The notes: generated by a model from the letters alone, not told the origin. DNA of 32,000 nucleotides from Candidatus Altimarinota bacterium (GCA_041659405.1 JBAZYK010000013.1:1-32000); one strand, 5' to 3'. Numbered from the stretch's first letter, positions 21,371-29,966 are shown. Translations and numbers: made by a program.

Positions 21371-23722
21371 ATGAACGAATCAGAAACCCGCGCGGAATAT
21401 ATTGACCCCAAGCTTAAACAAAGTGGCTGGGGAGAAATAGAAGGATCAAAAATTCTTCGTGAATTTCGCATTACAGAGGGCAGAATTCAGGTTGGCGGCA
21501 CGCGCATGAAGCCGGAAATTGCCGATTATGTTTTAGTGTACAAAAATGTGAAACTTGCCGTGATTGAGGCTAAAAAAGAAGATTTAAGTGCTACCGAAGG
21601 CGCGGCTCAGGCAAAAGCTTATGCTGAAAAATTGAAGATTGATCATACCTACGCAACTAATGGTAAGAAAATTTACGAGATTTCCATGAAAACCGGCGTG
21701 GAGGGCTATGTGGACTCTTTTCCAACTCCGGAAGAATTATGGAACAAGGTTTTTGCGCGTCACAATGAATGGCGCGAGAAATTTTTGGCAGTTCCGTCGG
21801 AAGGAGAATACGGGAAACGGTATTATCAAGAACTTGCCATTAATAGGGCATTAGAGGCTATTGCTGAAGAAAAGAAACGAATCTTGCTAACTTTAGCCAC
21901 CGGAACCGGCAAGACGATTATCGCCTTCCAGATAGCCTGGAAACTCTTCCAGACCCGTTGGAATATAAAGCGTGATGGAAGCAGAAGACCAAGGGTTCTT
22001 TTTCTTGCGGATCGCAATATTTTGGCAGATCAGGCTTTCAACTCATTTTCATCTTTTGCTGAGGACGCATTGGTGCGCATTAACCCCGCAGACATAAAGA
22101 AAAAGGGGAATGTGCCAACAAATGGCAGTATTTTCTTCACGATTTTCCAGACTTTTATGAGTGGGCCGAATAATACGCCTTATTATGGCGATTATCCTGC
22201 TGATTTCTTTGATTTTATTATTATTGATGAGTGTCACCGTGGCGGTTCAAATGACGAATCAAACTGGCGGGGGATTCTGGAGCATTTTTCTCCGGCTGTT
22301 CAGCTCGGTTTAACCGCAACTCCAAAACGAAAAGATAATATTGATACTTACAAATATTTTGGCGAACCGGTTTACATTTATTCGCTTAAAGAAGGGATCA
22401 ATGATGGCTTTTTAACGCCATTTAAAGTCAAAAGGATTCAAACGACTCTTGATGAGTACGTTTATACTTCCGATGATCAGATTGTTGAGGGCGAGGTGGA
22501 AGAAGGGAAAATTTATGAAGAATCCGATTTTAATAGAATTATCGAGATCAAGGAGCGCGAAGCAAAACGCGTTCAAATCATGCTGGACGAAATCAATCAA
22601 AACGAGAAAACGATTGTGTTCTGCGCGTCGCAGGATCATGCGCTTGCGGTACGGGACTTAATCAATCAAACCAAAAAAAGTTCAGATCCAAATTATTGTG
22701 TGCGTGTAACTGCTAACGATGGTGCGCGCGGTGAGCAGTTTTTACGGGCTTTTCAGGATAATGAAAAAACTATTCCAACAATTCTGACCACTTCCCAAAA
22801 GCTGTCCACGGGTGTTGATGCCCGCAATATTCGCAATATTGTTTTGATGCGTCCGATCAACTCCATGATTGAATTTAAGCAGATTGTAGGGCGCGGAACG
22901 CGTCTTTTTGATGGAAAAGAGTATTTTACGATCTTTGATTTTGTCGATGCCTATAAGCATTTTTCTGATCCACAGTGGGACGGCGAGCCAATCGATGAAA
23001 CAACCGAAAATAAAGAGCCAAAAAATACGAATTATGATGTCGATCCTTCTAAAAACAGTGGATTAGCTTTAGCTGATGGGGATTTTGAAGGTTTTGAACC
23101 AAAGAAAAAATTGAAAATAAAATTGCGGGACGGCAAAGAACGTGAAATCAAACACATGATCTCTACTTCCTTCTGGAGCGCCGACGGCAAGCCAATTTCA
23201 ACGGAAGAGTTTTTGCAAAATATGTTTGGGACTCTGCCGGAGTTTTTTGCCAATGAAGATGAATTGCGGAAAATCTGGTCAAATCCAAAAACAAGAAAAA
23301 TGTTTTTAGAGAAGATTGCGGATCTTGGATACGGGAAAGATCAGCTAATAACATTACAAAAAATGATCGACGCCGAAAAAAGCGATATTTTTGATGTACT
23401 TGCCTATATTTCCTTTGCCACACCGCCAATTTCCAGAAAAGAACGTGTAGATGAAGCAAAAGATGCCATTCTAAAGCCACTTGATGAACAGCAAAAAGAT
23501 TTCTTTGGATTTGTGCTGAACGAATATGTTGAAAATGGAGTAGAAGAGCTCGACGAAGAAAAATTGCCTGATCTGCTAAATCTGAAATATCACGCAATCT
23601 CTGATGCTGAAAAAGCGCTTGGTGGAGTCGAAAAGATCAGGTCGACCTTTTTCAATTTTCAAAAGGATTTATACTTAAACAAGCGTAAAGTTGAGGTGAA
23701 AAATGTGAAGTCGCCAAAGTGA
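21371..23722 (+). CDS. hsdR: Type I restriction enzyme, restriction/translocase subunit R (EcoEI-type C-terminal domain)
   Basis: N-terminal PD-(D/E)XK 'IADYVLVYKNVKLAVIEAKKE'. SF2 motifs 'LATGTGKT', 'IIIDECHR', 'LGLTATPKR', 'QIVGRGTR'. The C-terminal 'SDIFDVLAYISF...' region resembles the EcoEI R-protein C-terminal domain. Confidence 0.92.
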   Translation: MNESETRAEYIDPKLKQSGWGEIEGSKILREFRITEGRIQVGGTRMKPEIADYVLVYKNVKLAVIEAKKEDLSATEGAAQAKAYAEKLKIDHTYATNGKKIYEISMKTGVEGYVDSFPTPEELWNKVFARHNEWREKFLAVPSEGEYGKRYYQELAINRALEAIAEEKKRILLTLATGTGKTIIAFQIAWKLFQTRWNIKRDGSRRPRVLFLADRNILADQAFNSFSSFAEDALVRINPADIKKKGNVPTNGSIFFTIFQTFMSGPNNTPYYGDYPADFFDFIIIDECHRGGSNDESNWRGILEHFSPAVQLGLTATPKRKDNIDTYKYFGEPVYIYSLKEGINDGFLTPFKVKRIQTTLDEYVYTSDDQIVEGEVEEGKIYEESDFNRIIEIKEREAKRVQIMLDEINQNEKTIVFCASQDHALAVRDLINQTKKSSDPNYCVRVTANDGARGEQFLRAFQDNEKTIPTILTTSQKLSTGVDARNIRNIVLMRPINSMIEFKQIVGRGTRLFDGKEYFTIFDFVDAYKHFSDPQWDGEPIDETTENKEPKNTNYDVDPSKNSGLALADGDFEGFEPKKKLKIKLRDGKEREIKHMISTSFWSADGKPISTEEFLQNMFGTLPEFFANEDELRKIWSNPKTRKMFLEKIADLGYGKDQLITLQKMIDAEKSDIFDVLAYISFATPPISRKERVDEAKDAILKPLDEQQKDFFGFVLNEYVENGVEELDEEKLPDLLNLKYHAISDAEKALGGVEKIRSTFFNFQKDLYLNKRKVEVKNVKSPK

Positions 23723-23823
23723 GCATTTTCTTCTTTACACGCCCCTTCCATATTTCGCCAAAATAGGCTAAATTATTGGCCTTGTATTATTTTTGGCCGC
23801 CTGGCCTCTACGCCCCTCACACT

Positions 23824-25287
23824 ATGGCTAACAACGAAACAATCATCAGCTTTGACGCAGTCTCATTTGAATATCTTCATGATAAACCGCTATTAAACGA
23901 AGCCAGCTTTTCTGTCCGCAGAGGGAGCAAAGTGACTTTTATGGGCCAAAACGGCGCCGGTAAAAGTACGATTTTTAAACTTTTGGCTGGAACCTTAAAG
24001 CCTCAATCAGGACACGTAAACGTTGTTCCTCGCCTTACCATCGCCACTGCGCATCAGGTTATGCCGGCAACTGACCGCGAATTAACCGTAAGCGAATTTT
24101 TTCAAAAATGTTTCCACGAAAAAAAGTACGATCTTGATCGCCGCATTGATGAAATTCTTGAAGTGGTAAATCTTCATGCTCCACATGACAAAATCGTTAA
24201 AGCTTTTTCCGGAGGACAGCAGGCCAGATTATTGCTTGCTGCAGCCCTTATTCAGGATCCTGATTTGTTGCTTCTGGATGAACCGACCAATAATCTTGAT
24301 AAAACCGGTATTGAACATTTGACCGACTTTCTAATCAACTACCCAAAAACGTGCATAGTTATTTCCCATGATGAAGACTTTTTGAATGCTTTCACCGAAG
24401 GAGTTTTGTATTTGGATATTTTTACCCGCAAAGTTGAACAGTATGTTGGTAATTATTTTGATGCCGTTGCGGAAATTGCCATTCGTATCGAAAAGGAAAA
24501 TCGCAAAAATGCCCAGCTGGCAAAAGAGATTCAAGAGAACAAAGAGCAGGCCAATGTTTTCGCCCATAAAGGTGGTAAATTAAGACTTGTGGCAAAACGC
24601 ATGCGTGAAAAAGCTGAAGAGTTTGAGGAAAACAAGGTCGATGTCCGTCGTGAAGATCAAACCATTCGCAATTTTACGATCCCCGCGCAGGAAGATCTTT
24701 CCGGTGAAATTTTGAAAATTTCTTCATTGATGGTTATAAAAAATCATCAGCCAACTACAAAAAAGGCCAAAATTTCTTTAAGAAAAAATCAGCATTTGCT
24801 TCTTTCCGGCCCAAACGGAATCGGCAAAAGTACGCTGCTTGAATCTTTGGCGCAGGGGACTGCTACAGGCGCAAAGATCGATCCAAGTGTCAGAGTTGGC
24901 TATTATCGCCAGGATTTTTCCACGCTTAATTTTGAGCACACAGTCCACCAGGCGCTTCACGAAGCCCTAAAGTTGTCAGGAGAAGAACTCCATGAAGAAA
25001 TTCTTCGTTCGGTGGCATCAGGCTTTCTTATCACCAGAGAACTGATTAACAGCAAAATCGGCAACATTTCCGAAGGTCAAAAAGGGCTGGTTGCGTTTGC
25101 CTGTCTGGTTTTGCAAAAGCCGGGACTTTTAATTTTGGATGAGCCGACCAACCATATTAATTTCCGCCATCTTCCGATTATTGCCGCCGCGCTGGACCAA
25201 TATGAAGGAGCCATGATTCTGGTTTCCCACGTGCCGGAATTCGTTGAACAGATCAGAATTGATGAAATTCTTGATCTTAATAAATAA
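23824..25287 (+). CDS. ABC-F family ATPase (two ABC cassettes, no membrane domain)
   Basis: Walker A 'GQNGAGKST' and 'GPNGIGKST'. Signatures 'FSGGQQ' and 'ISEGQK'. Walker B 'LLLLDEPTNNLD' and 'LLILDEPTNHIN'. Charged linker between cassettes. Start moved from the TTG at 23776 to the ATG at 23824 (MANNETIISFD...). Confidence 0.85.
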   Translation: MANNETIISFDAVSFEYLHDKPLLNEASFSVRRGSKVTFMGQNGAGKSTIFKLLAGTLKPQSGHVNVVPRLTIATAHQVMPATDRELTVSEFFQKCFHEKKYDLDRRIDEILEVVNLHAPHDKIVKAFSGGQQARLLLAAALIQDPDLLLLDEPTNNLDKTGIEHLTDFLINYPKTCIVISHDEDFLNAFTEGVLYLDIFTRKVEQYVGNYFDAVAEIAIRIEKENRKNAQLAKEIQENKEQANVFAHKGGKLRLVAKRMREKAEEFEENKVDVRREDQTIRNFTIPAQEDLSGEILKISSLMVIKNHQPTTKKAKISLRKNQHLLLSGPNGIGKSTLLESLAQGTATGAKIDPSVRVGYYRQDFSTLNFEHTVHQALHEALKLSGEELHEEILRSVASGFLITRELINSKIGNISEGQKGLVAFACLVLQKPGLLILDEPTNHINFRHLPIIAAALDQYEGAMILVSHVPEFVEQIRIDEILDLNK

Positions 25288-25332
25288 CCGCTCCGATTTT
25301 GAGCGTTTCGCCAGGCCATAAATCACTTAATC

Positions 25333-25355
25333 GGCCCTTCCAATCCGGAAGAGCC
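25333..25355. terminator. Possible bidirectional hairpin between convergent genes
   Basis: GGCCCTTCC (25333-25341) / loop AATCC / GGAAGAGCC (25347-25355): 8 of 9 pairs. T-rich sequence follows on the + strand. Lies 46 nt after the ABC-F stop and 10 nt after the small minus-strand ORF's stop. Confidence 0.3.
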
Positions 25356-25365
25356 TGAAAATGAT

Positions 25366-25467
25366 TTATTTTCTTGCTGCTTTCTTAGCTCTTTTTGCTT
25401 CCAATCTTTCTTTTGGATTTAGCTTTGGTGCTTTTTTTCCTTCTCTTTTTGGTTTGTCTCCAGCCAT
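25366..25467 (-). CDS. Possible very small basic protein, 33 aa (MAGDKPKREGKKAPKLNPKERLEAKRAKKAARK)
   Basis: ATG at 25467-25465, TAA at 25368-25366. Found by reading; below the ORF-track cutoff. Lys/Arg-rich, downstream of engB on the same strand. Could be spurious. Confidence 0.25.
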   Translation of the reverse strand: MAGDKPKREGKKAPKLNPKERLEAKRAKKAARK

Positions 25468-25583
25468 GGTGAAAAGATTAAAAAATATTTGATGGATAAA
25501 AATCCATTACCAAAATAATAAACCAAATGTCCGTAATTTCATACAAGAAATGAAATTATTTACAGTCAGCCTATGTTCAACAA

Positions 25584-26156
25584 TTAATATTTGGAAATTT
25601 CCTCAGTCAGCGCGCCAATGCCAATGTTTTTTACTGATGAGTATGGGAAAACTTTATGGCCACCAACGGCATCCTGAATTTTTTTAAGCTTCATTTTATA
25701 TTCGGAATTTTTGATTTTGTCGATTTTATTCGCAACAACCACAATGTTTTTTTGAGCTGCTTCCAAACACTCAAGCATCTCTAAATCGTTAGCGGTTACA
25801 CCTATATTCGCATCAATGATCAGTACAATTATTTTTTGCTCATAGCGCGACTCAAACAAATACCAGTTGATCAATTTTTTCAGTTTGTCGCGTCCTGCTC
25901 CGGAAACTCTGGCAAATCCATATCCCGGTAAATCCACCAGATAAAATTTATTATTAATCAAAAATAAATTTATTTGCTGGGTGCGCCCCGGAAAAGCACT
26001 GGTTCTGGCCAAATCTTTCTGTTTGGTCAAAGAATTAATGATACTGGATTTACCCACATTGGACCTGCCAATAAACGCAATTTGTGGCCTGTCGTCGTCC
26101 AAATTCCAATCTTCATCAACTATGCCCTTTAAAAATTTTGCAGATTTTATATTCAT
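25584..26156 (-). CDS. engB: Ribosome-biogenesis GTPase EngB/YihA/YsxC
   Basis: 190 aa. G1 'GRSNVGKSSIIN', G3 'DLPGYGFA', G4 'NKIDK'. Size and order are typical of EngB. Confidence 0.88.
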   Translation of the reverse strand: MNIKSAKFLKGIVDEDWNLDDDRPQIAFIGRSNVGKSSIINSLTKQKDLARTSAFPGRTQQINLFLINNKFYLVDLPGYGFARVSGAGRDKLKKLINWYLFESRYEQKIIVLIIDANIGVTANDLEMLECLEAAQKNIVVVANKIDKIKNSEYKMKLKKIQDAVGGHKVFPYSSVKNIGIGALTEEISKY

Positions 26157-26176
26157 AAATCCATTATATCAGGAAA

Positions 26177-28018
26177 TTACTTTAAAAAGCGGTCTTCCAG
26201 GTTATTAGTCTCGGCGTAAGCCTTAATAATCGCCAAAAAATCCGGCCCATATTCGGCCAATTTCATTCTTCCCACGCCCGTAATAAAGGCAAAAGTGTCA
26301 TTACTTTGCGGCAGATAGAAAGACATTTCCTGCAACGAAACATCGCCAAAAATAATAAATGGCGGAACCCGTTTTTTATCGGCAATACCCTTTCGCAGTA
26401 CGCGCAGTTGTTCAAACAGTGGGCGATGATAATCCAAAACCACAGTGGCCGCATTTTTCTTGACCCTGGCCCTATTTACGGTTGCCACATGCAAAGAATC
26501 CCTTGCCACAGTTGGCCTGCTTAGAAAGATTTTTTCACGCGTGTTCAGGCAAACTCTGCCTTCTTCCGTCACTTTTAACACCGGATATTCTCCGGTAGTT
26601 TTTTGCAGAATTTTATTGGCGATGAGTAGCTCAATAATCTGACGAAGTTCTTCCGCCTTTTCGTCTTTGGCAACCCCAAAAACCGATAATTTTTGATGCT
26701 GGCGTTCACGAGTTTTTTCGGTTTCTTTTCCACGCAAAACATCAACAATATAAGTTAGCCCAAAGCGTTCTTCCGTGCGTAAAATTGCCGAAAGAATTTT
26801 CCAGGATATTCCGGTGGCATCAAAACTTTCCTTTGTAGCAAGGCAATTATCGCAACCCTGACAATTTTCCTGGATCTGATTTTCGCCAAAATATTTCAAA
26901 AGATAAGCGCGCCGGCAAGTTTGAAGCTCGGCATACTGAATAATCTGAGCCAGTTTCTCCGCCGCGCCCTTGCGCTGATCCGGATCCGCAATCTGATTTA
27001 TAAAAAAATTATGTTTGATTTTATCGCCATAGGAATAAAAAAGCACACACTCGCTTGGAAGCCCGTCACGTCCCGCACGGCCCGTTTCCTGATAATAAGA
27101 TTCAACGCTCTTCGGCAAATCAAAATGTACAACTAAACGTACATTTGGCTTGTCTATGCCCATTCCAAAAGCAATCGTGGCCACGATAATTGAAGTTTCA
27201 TCGTGGATAAATTTTTCCTGGGTGTCTTTGCGCTTTTCCGCATCCAGACCTGCATGATAAGGCAAAGCCCGTAAATTTTCTTCCTGCAGTCTTTCCGCAA
27301 TTTCTTCCGTTCTTTTTCGCGAAAAACAGTAAATAATCACCGACTCGTTTTCGTATTTTTTCAACAAAACCACCAGTTCTTCCAGCGCTTTTTTCTTTGG
27401 CCTCATCTGGTACGTAAGATTGCTTCGATTAAAACTGGAAAGAAAAGTTTTAGCTTTAGAAAGTCCCAGTTGTTCAATAATATCCAAACGTACTTTATCC
27501 GTAGCCGTAGCGGTTAGTGCCATCAACGGCACTTTTGGAAAATTCTTCCGTAAAGATTTTAAATTTCGATATTCCGGACGGAAATCATGCCCCCATTCCG
27601 AAATACAATGCGCTTCATCAATCGCGATCAGATCAAGTTTAAGTTTATGCAAAAAATCCTGAAAAGCGGGCAGAGCCAAGCGTTCCGGAGTCACATATAA
27701 AATTTTGATTTGCCCCTTTTTCAATCGAAACTCAATATTTTGATGAGCCTCAAAAGATAAAGTACTATTAATAAAGGCAGCCGGAATACCGTTGCTGTTC
27801 AAGGAATCGACCTGATCCTTCATTAAAGCTATCAAAGGCGAAATCACCAAAGTAAGGCCCGGAAAAGCCAGCGCGGGTAACTGATAGCAAAGTGATTTTC
27901 CTCCACCTGTAGCCATAATTACCAGCGCTTCTTGCTTTTGTAGGATGTGATAAATAATTTCTTCCTGTAAAGGACGGAATTTATCATACCCAAAATGGGT
28001 TTTGAGTAATTTTTGCAT
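26177..28018 (-). CDS. recQ: ATP-dependent DNA helicase RecQ
   Basis: 'ATGGGKSLCYQLPA', 'DEAHCISEWGHDFRPEY', 'LTATA', 'QETGRAGRDG', Zn cluster 'CRRAYLL...CQGCDNC', and a C-terminal HRDC-like region ('LFEQLRVLRKGIADKKRVPPFIIF'). Confidence 0.92.
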   Translation of the reverse strand: MQKLLKTHFGYDKFRPLQEEIIYHILQKQEALVIMATGGGKSLCYQLPALAFPGLTLVISPLIALMKDQVDSLNSNGIPAAFINSTLSFEAHQNIEFRLKKGQIKILYVTPERLALPAFQDFLHKLKLDLIAIDEAHCISEWGHDFRPEYRNLKSLRKNFPKVPLMALTATATDKVRLDIIEQLGLSKAKTFLSSFNRSNLTYQMRPKKKALEELVVLLKKYENESVIIYCFSRKRTEEIAERLQEENLRALPYHAGLDAEKRKDTQEKFIHDETSIIVATIAFGMGIDKPNVRLVVHFDLPKSVESYYQETGRAGRDGLPSECVLFYSYGDKIKHNFFINQIADPDQRKGAAEKLAQIIQYAELQTCRRAYLLKYFGENQIQENCQGCDNCLATKESFDATGISWKILSAILRTEERFGLTYIVDVLRGKETEKTRERQHQKLSVFGVAKDEKAEELRQIIELLIANKILQKTTGEYPVLKVTEEGRVCLNTREKIFLSRPTVARDSLHVATVNRARVKKNAATVVLDYHRPLFEQLRVLRKGIADKKRVPPFIIFGDVSLQEMSFYLPQSNDTFAFITGVGRMKLAEYGPDFLAIIKAYAETNNLEDRFLK

Positions 28019-28027
28019 GAATCAAGT

Positions 28028-28705
28028 CTAAGCTTTAGCCACCTTTTTAGCCTTAGGCTTAGAAGCTTTGACCTTTTTTTCCTCAACCGGTGCTTTTTCA
28101 GTTTCTTTAGGTTGAGCAGTTTCCTTAGCCTGTACCGGTTCTTTTGCCTTAACCGTTTCTTTAGCAGGAGCTGTTCCTTTAGAAGCAGAAGTCATCATCA
28201 TCAAGATTCTATCAAGTTTGATATTTAAGATATCAAGCTGTTCTTTATATTGATCAGGACCTTTGTTGTTGCTGCCGGCATTGCCACCTTTTTTAAAGCA
28301 ATTATTGCAGAAAACTGGCTTATCGCCACTTGGTCTAAAAGGAACTTCACAAGACTCACCGCAATCGGTGCATGTTGCCTCGTGCATTTCAGGTCTTGAA
28401 TCTCTGCCAAAGCCGGAATCCCTGTCTCTGCCAAAACTTCTACCTCTGTCACCACCACGGTCATCTGTTCTGCGTGGGCTGGAATCGCCACCTTTTTTAA
28501 AGCAGTCACTGCAATAAACAGGCCTGTCATTACTTGGCTTGAAAGGAACTTCGCAAGAACTTCCACAGTCGCCACAAGTTGCCTTGTGCATTGTGAAATT
28601 GCTTGGACCTCTGTCGCTAAAGCTTCTTTTACCAAAGTCTCTGTTACCTCCACCAAACGACCTACCGCCGCCACTTCCACCTCTGTTTGATCTGTCGAAT
28701 CCCAT
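28028..28705 (-). CDS. Tandem CxxC-x17-CxxC zinc-ribbon protein with RGG-rich N-terminus and Lys/Ala/Pro-rich tail
   Basis: Two copies of C-x2-C-x17-C-x2-C ('CGDCGSSCEVPFKPSNDRPVYCSDC', 'CTDCGESCEVPFRPSGDKPVFCNNC'; spacing counted by hand). N-terminal 'RGGSGGGRSFGGGNRDFGKRSF'. Tail 'AKETVKAKEPVQAKETAQPKETEKAPVEEKKVKASKPKAKKVAKA'. Ends 9 nt upstream of recQ. Confidence 0.8.
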   Translation of the reverse strand: MGFDRSNRGGSGGGRSFGGGNRDFGKRSFSDRGPSNFTMHKATCGDCGSSCEVPFKPSNDRPVYCSDCFKKGGDSSPRRTDDRGGDRGRSFGRDRDSGFGRDSRPEMHEATCTDCGESCEVPFRPSGDKPVFCNNCFKKGGNAGSNNKGPDQYKEQLDILNIKLDRILMMMTSASKGTAPAKETVKAKEPVQAKETAQPKETEKAPVEEKKVKASKPKAKKVAKA

Positions 28706-28932
28706 AAAAAAAGGATAAAAAATAAATTCCGTTAAGTCTTGGACTGTAGGAATCTACTAAGCACCCTACAAAACTCTACCTATTGGCTTGCGCATATTAC
28801 CTAATATATTCAAATATAACAACCCCATTTTAAAAAACCGCAATTATTAGCCATTATTCCATTTGCGCAAGAGCTCTTTTTAACCTTAGCGGTCATCAAG
28901 GCTGAAACCGATTTTAAGCATCACCAAAACGC

Positions 28933-28961
28933 TTGCAAATGCAATACAGTTGCATTATGAT
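28933..28961 (+). promoter_or_regulatory. Candidate promoter TTGCAA-17-TATGAT with a perfect palindrome ATGCAA-N5-TTGCAT filling the spacer
   Basis: -35 TTGCAA at 28933-28938, -10 TATGAT at 28956-28961. Inverted repeat at 28939-28955 (ATGCAA TACAG TTGCAT). The ATG of the metal-binding protein gene is at 28994. Confidence 0.45.
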
Positions 28962-28993
28962 TGACTCAGTTTTTAACTCTTTTACCGTTCAAA

Positions 28994-29926
28994 ATGAAAA
29001 GACACCTCGCGTACATATTTATGATCCCTGCTTTACTTTTTGTGGGCTGCGGCCAGCCACAGAATGTGCCCGGAAATTCCTCCACCTTAAAAATCATCAC
29101 CAGTTTTTATCCAATTTATGAAATAGTGAAACAGGTTGGGGGAGCCAATGTAACCATTCAAAATCTTGTTCCGGCAGGCGCGGAACCGCACGACTACGAG
29201 CCAACTCCCCAAGAAATTGTGAATCTTAATCAGGCTGATTTGGTGGTTTATAATGGAATGGGCCTGGAACCATGGGCGGACAAAATCATCCCCGAGCTTC
29301 AGCAAAATGGCTCAAAAACTTTAAATCTTTCCGATTATTTTAAAAATAATGCCATTACAAATAGTCCCAAAACACCTGGAGATGCGGAATATCTGCCTTT
29401 TGACCCACATTTATGGCTGGATCCGGTTAATTATCAAAAAGAAGTTCAAACAGTTACGCAAAAATTGGTAGAGATAGATCCAAATCATCAAACAGACTAT
29501 CAACAAAATTCGCAGAAATTTATTAAACAACTTCAGGAGTTGGACCTTGCTTACCAAAATGGCTTTAAAAGCTGCAAATTAAACAGTTTTGTCACAAGTC
29601 ACGCTGCTTTTGCCTATCTTGCCAATCGTTATCATCTAAAGATGGTCGCAATTTCCGGCCTTTCCCCCGATGCCGAGCCTTCTTCCAAAGTTATGGCCGA
29701 ACTGACCAATTTAATCCGGCAAAACAACATTCAATATATTCTTACCGAAAGCCTGGTTAGCCCTAAAATTGCCGATACTTTAGCGCAGGAAACAGGCACC
29801 AAAACTTTAATTTTAAATCCGTTGGAGGGATTAACCGACCAGGAAATCGCCAAAGGTAAAAATTACGTGAGTGTGATGCAGGACAATCTTAGGAGTCTGC
29901 AAACAGCACTTGAGTGCGGAAATTAA
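28994..29926 (+). CDS. Metal (Zn/Mn) ABC-transporter substrate-binding protein, ZnuA/TroA family; probable lipoprotein
   Basis: 'GAEPHDYEPTPQ', 'FDPHLWLDP', 'VTSHAAFAYL' (metal-ligand His/Asp positions of cluster A-I binding proteins). Signal peptide 'MKRHLAYIFMIPALLFVGCG' with a lipobox-like FVGC. Start moved from the TTG at 28961 to the ATG at 28994. No znuB/znuC partner in the window. Confidence 0.85.
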   Translation: MKRHLAYIFMIPALLFVGCGQPQNVPGNSSTLKIITSFYPIYEIVKQVGGANVTIQNLVPAGAEPHDYEPTPQEIVNLNQADLVVYNGMGLEPWADKIIPELQQNGSKTLNLSDYFKNNAITNSPKTPGDAEYLPFDPHLWLDPVNYQKEVQTVTQKLVEIDPNHQTDYQQNSQKFIKQLQELDLAYQNGFKSCKLNSFVTSHAAFAYLANRYHLKMVAISGLSPDAEPSSKVMAELTNLIRQNNIQYILTESLVSPKIADTLAQETGTKTLILNPLEGLTDQEIAKGKNYVSVMQDNLRSLQTALECGN

Positions 29927-29947
29927 TGTGAAATATTTTTAGCCACC

Positions 29948-29966
29948 GGGTGTAATATAGGTGTAC
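29948..29966 (+). promoter_or_regulatory. Motif GGGTGTA-N6-GTGT upstream of the ECF sigma gene (copy A)
   Basis: GGGTGTAATATAGGTGTAC; contains the direct repeat GGTGTA-N5-GGTGTA. TAAAAT (-10-like) at 29970-29975. ATG at 29995. Related copy at 31365-31384. Confidence 0.3.

Noticed and set aside
23776-23823. TTG-initiated 5' extensions proposed by the ORF track (ABC-F 23776; also metG 5792, Cys-rich protein 5966, ZnuA-like 28961)
   Set aside because: In each case an in-frame ATG a few codons downstream gives an N-terminus typical of the family (for example the signal peptide MKRHLAYIF... for the binding protein). The extensions add atypical residues.
25534-25558. AT-only hairpin TAATTTCAT-N7-ATGAAATTA (and ATGGAT-AAAA-ATCCAT at about 25492-25507) as the engB terminator
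   Set aside because: The stems are entirely A/T, so weak, and lack a following T-run on the minus strand. Such palindromes are expected by chance in AT-rich spacers. Not reported as a feature.
28225-28680. 151-aa minus-strand ORF and 84-aa plus-strand ORF (28263-28517) overlapping the CxxC zinc-ribbon gene
   Set aside because: These are alternative frames of the repeat-rich gene. The 28028-28705 frame carries the two exact CxxC-x17-CxxC units and RGG repeats, whereas these frames give featureless Ala/Val/Leu-rich peptides.
28787-28871. Distant inverted repeat CTTGCGCA (28787-28794) ... TGCGCAAG (28864-28871) upstream of the CxxC gene
   Set aside because: The arms are only 8 bp and are separated by about 70 nt. 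There is no supporting secondary structure or second occurrence, so it is probably chance.
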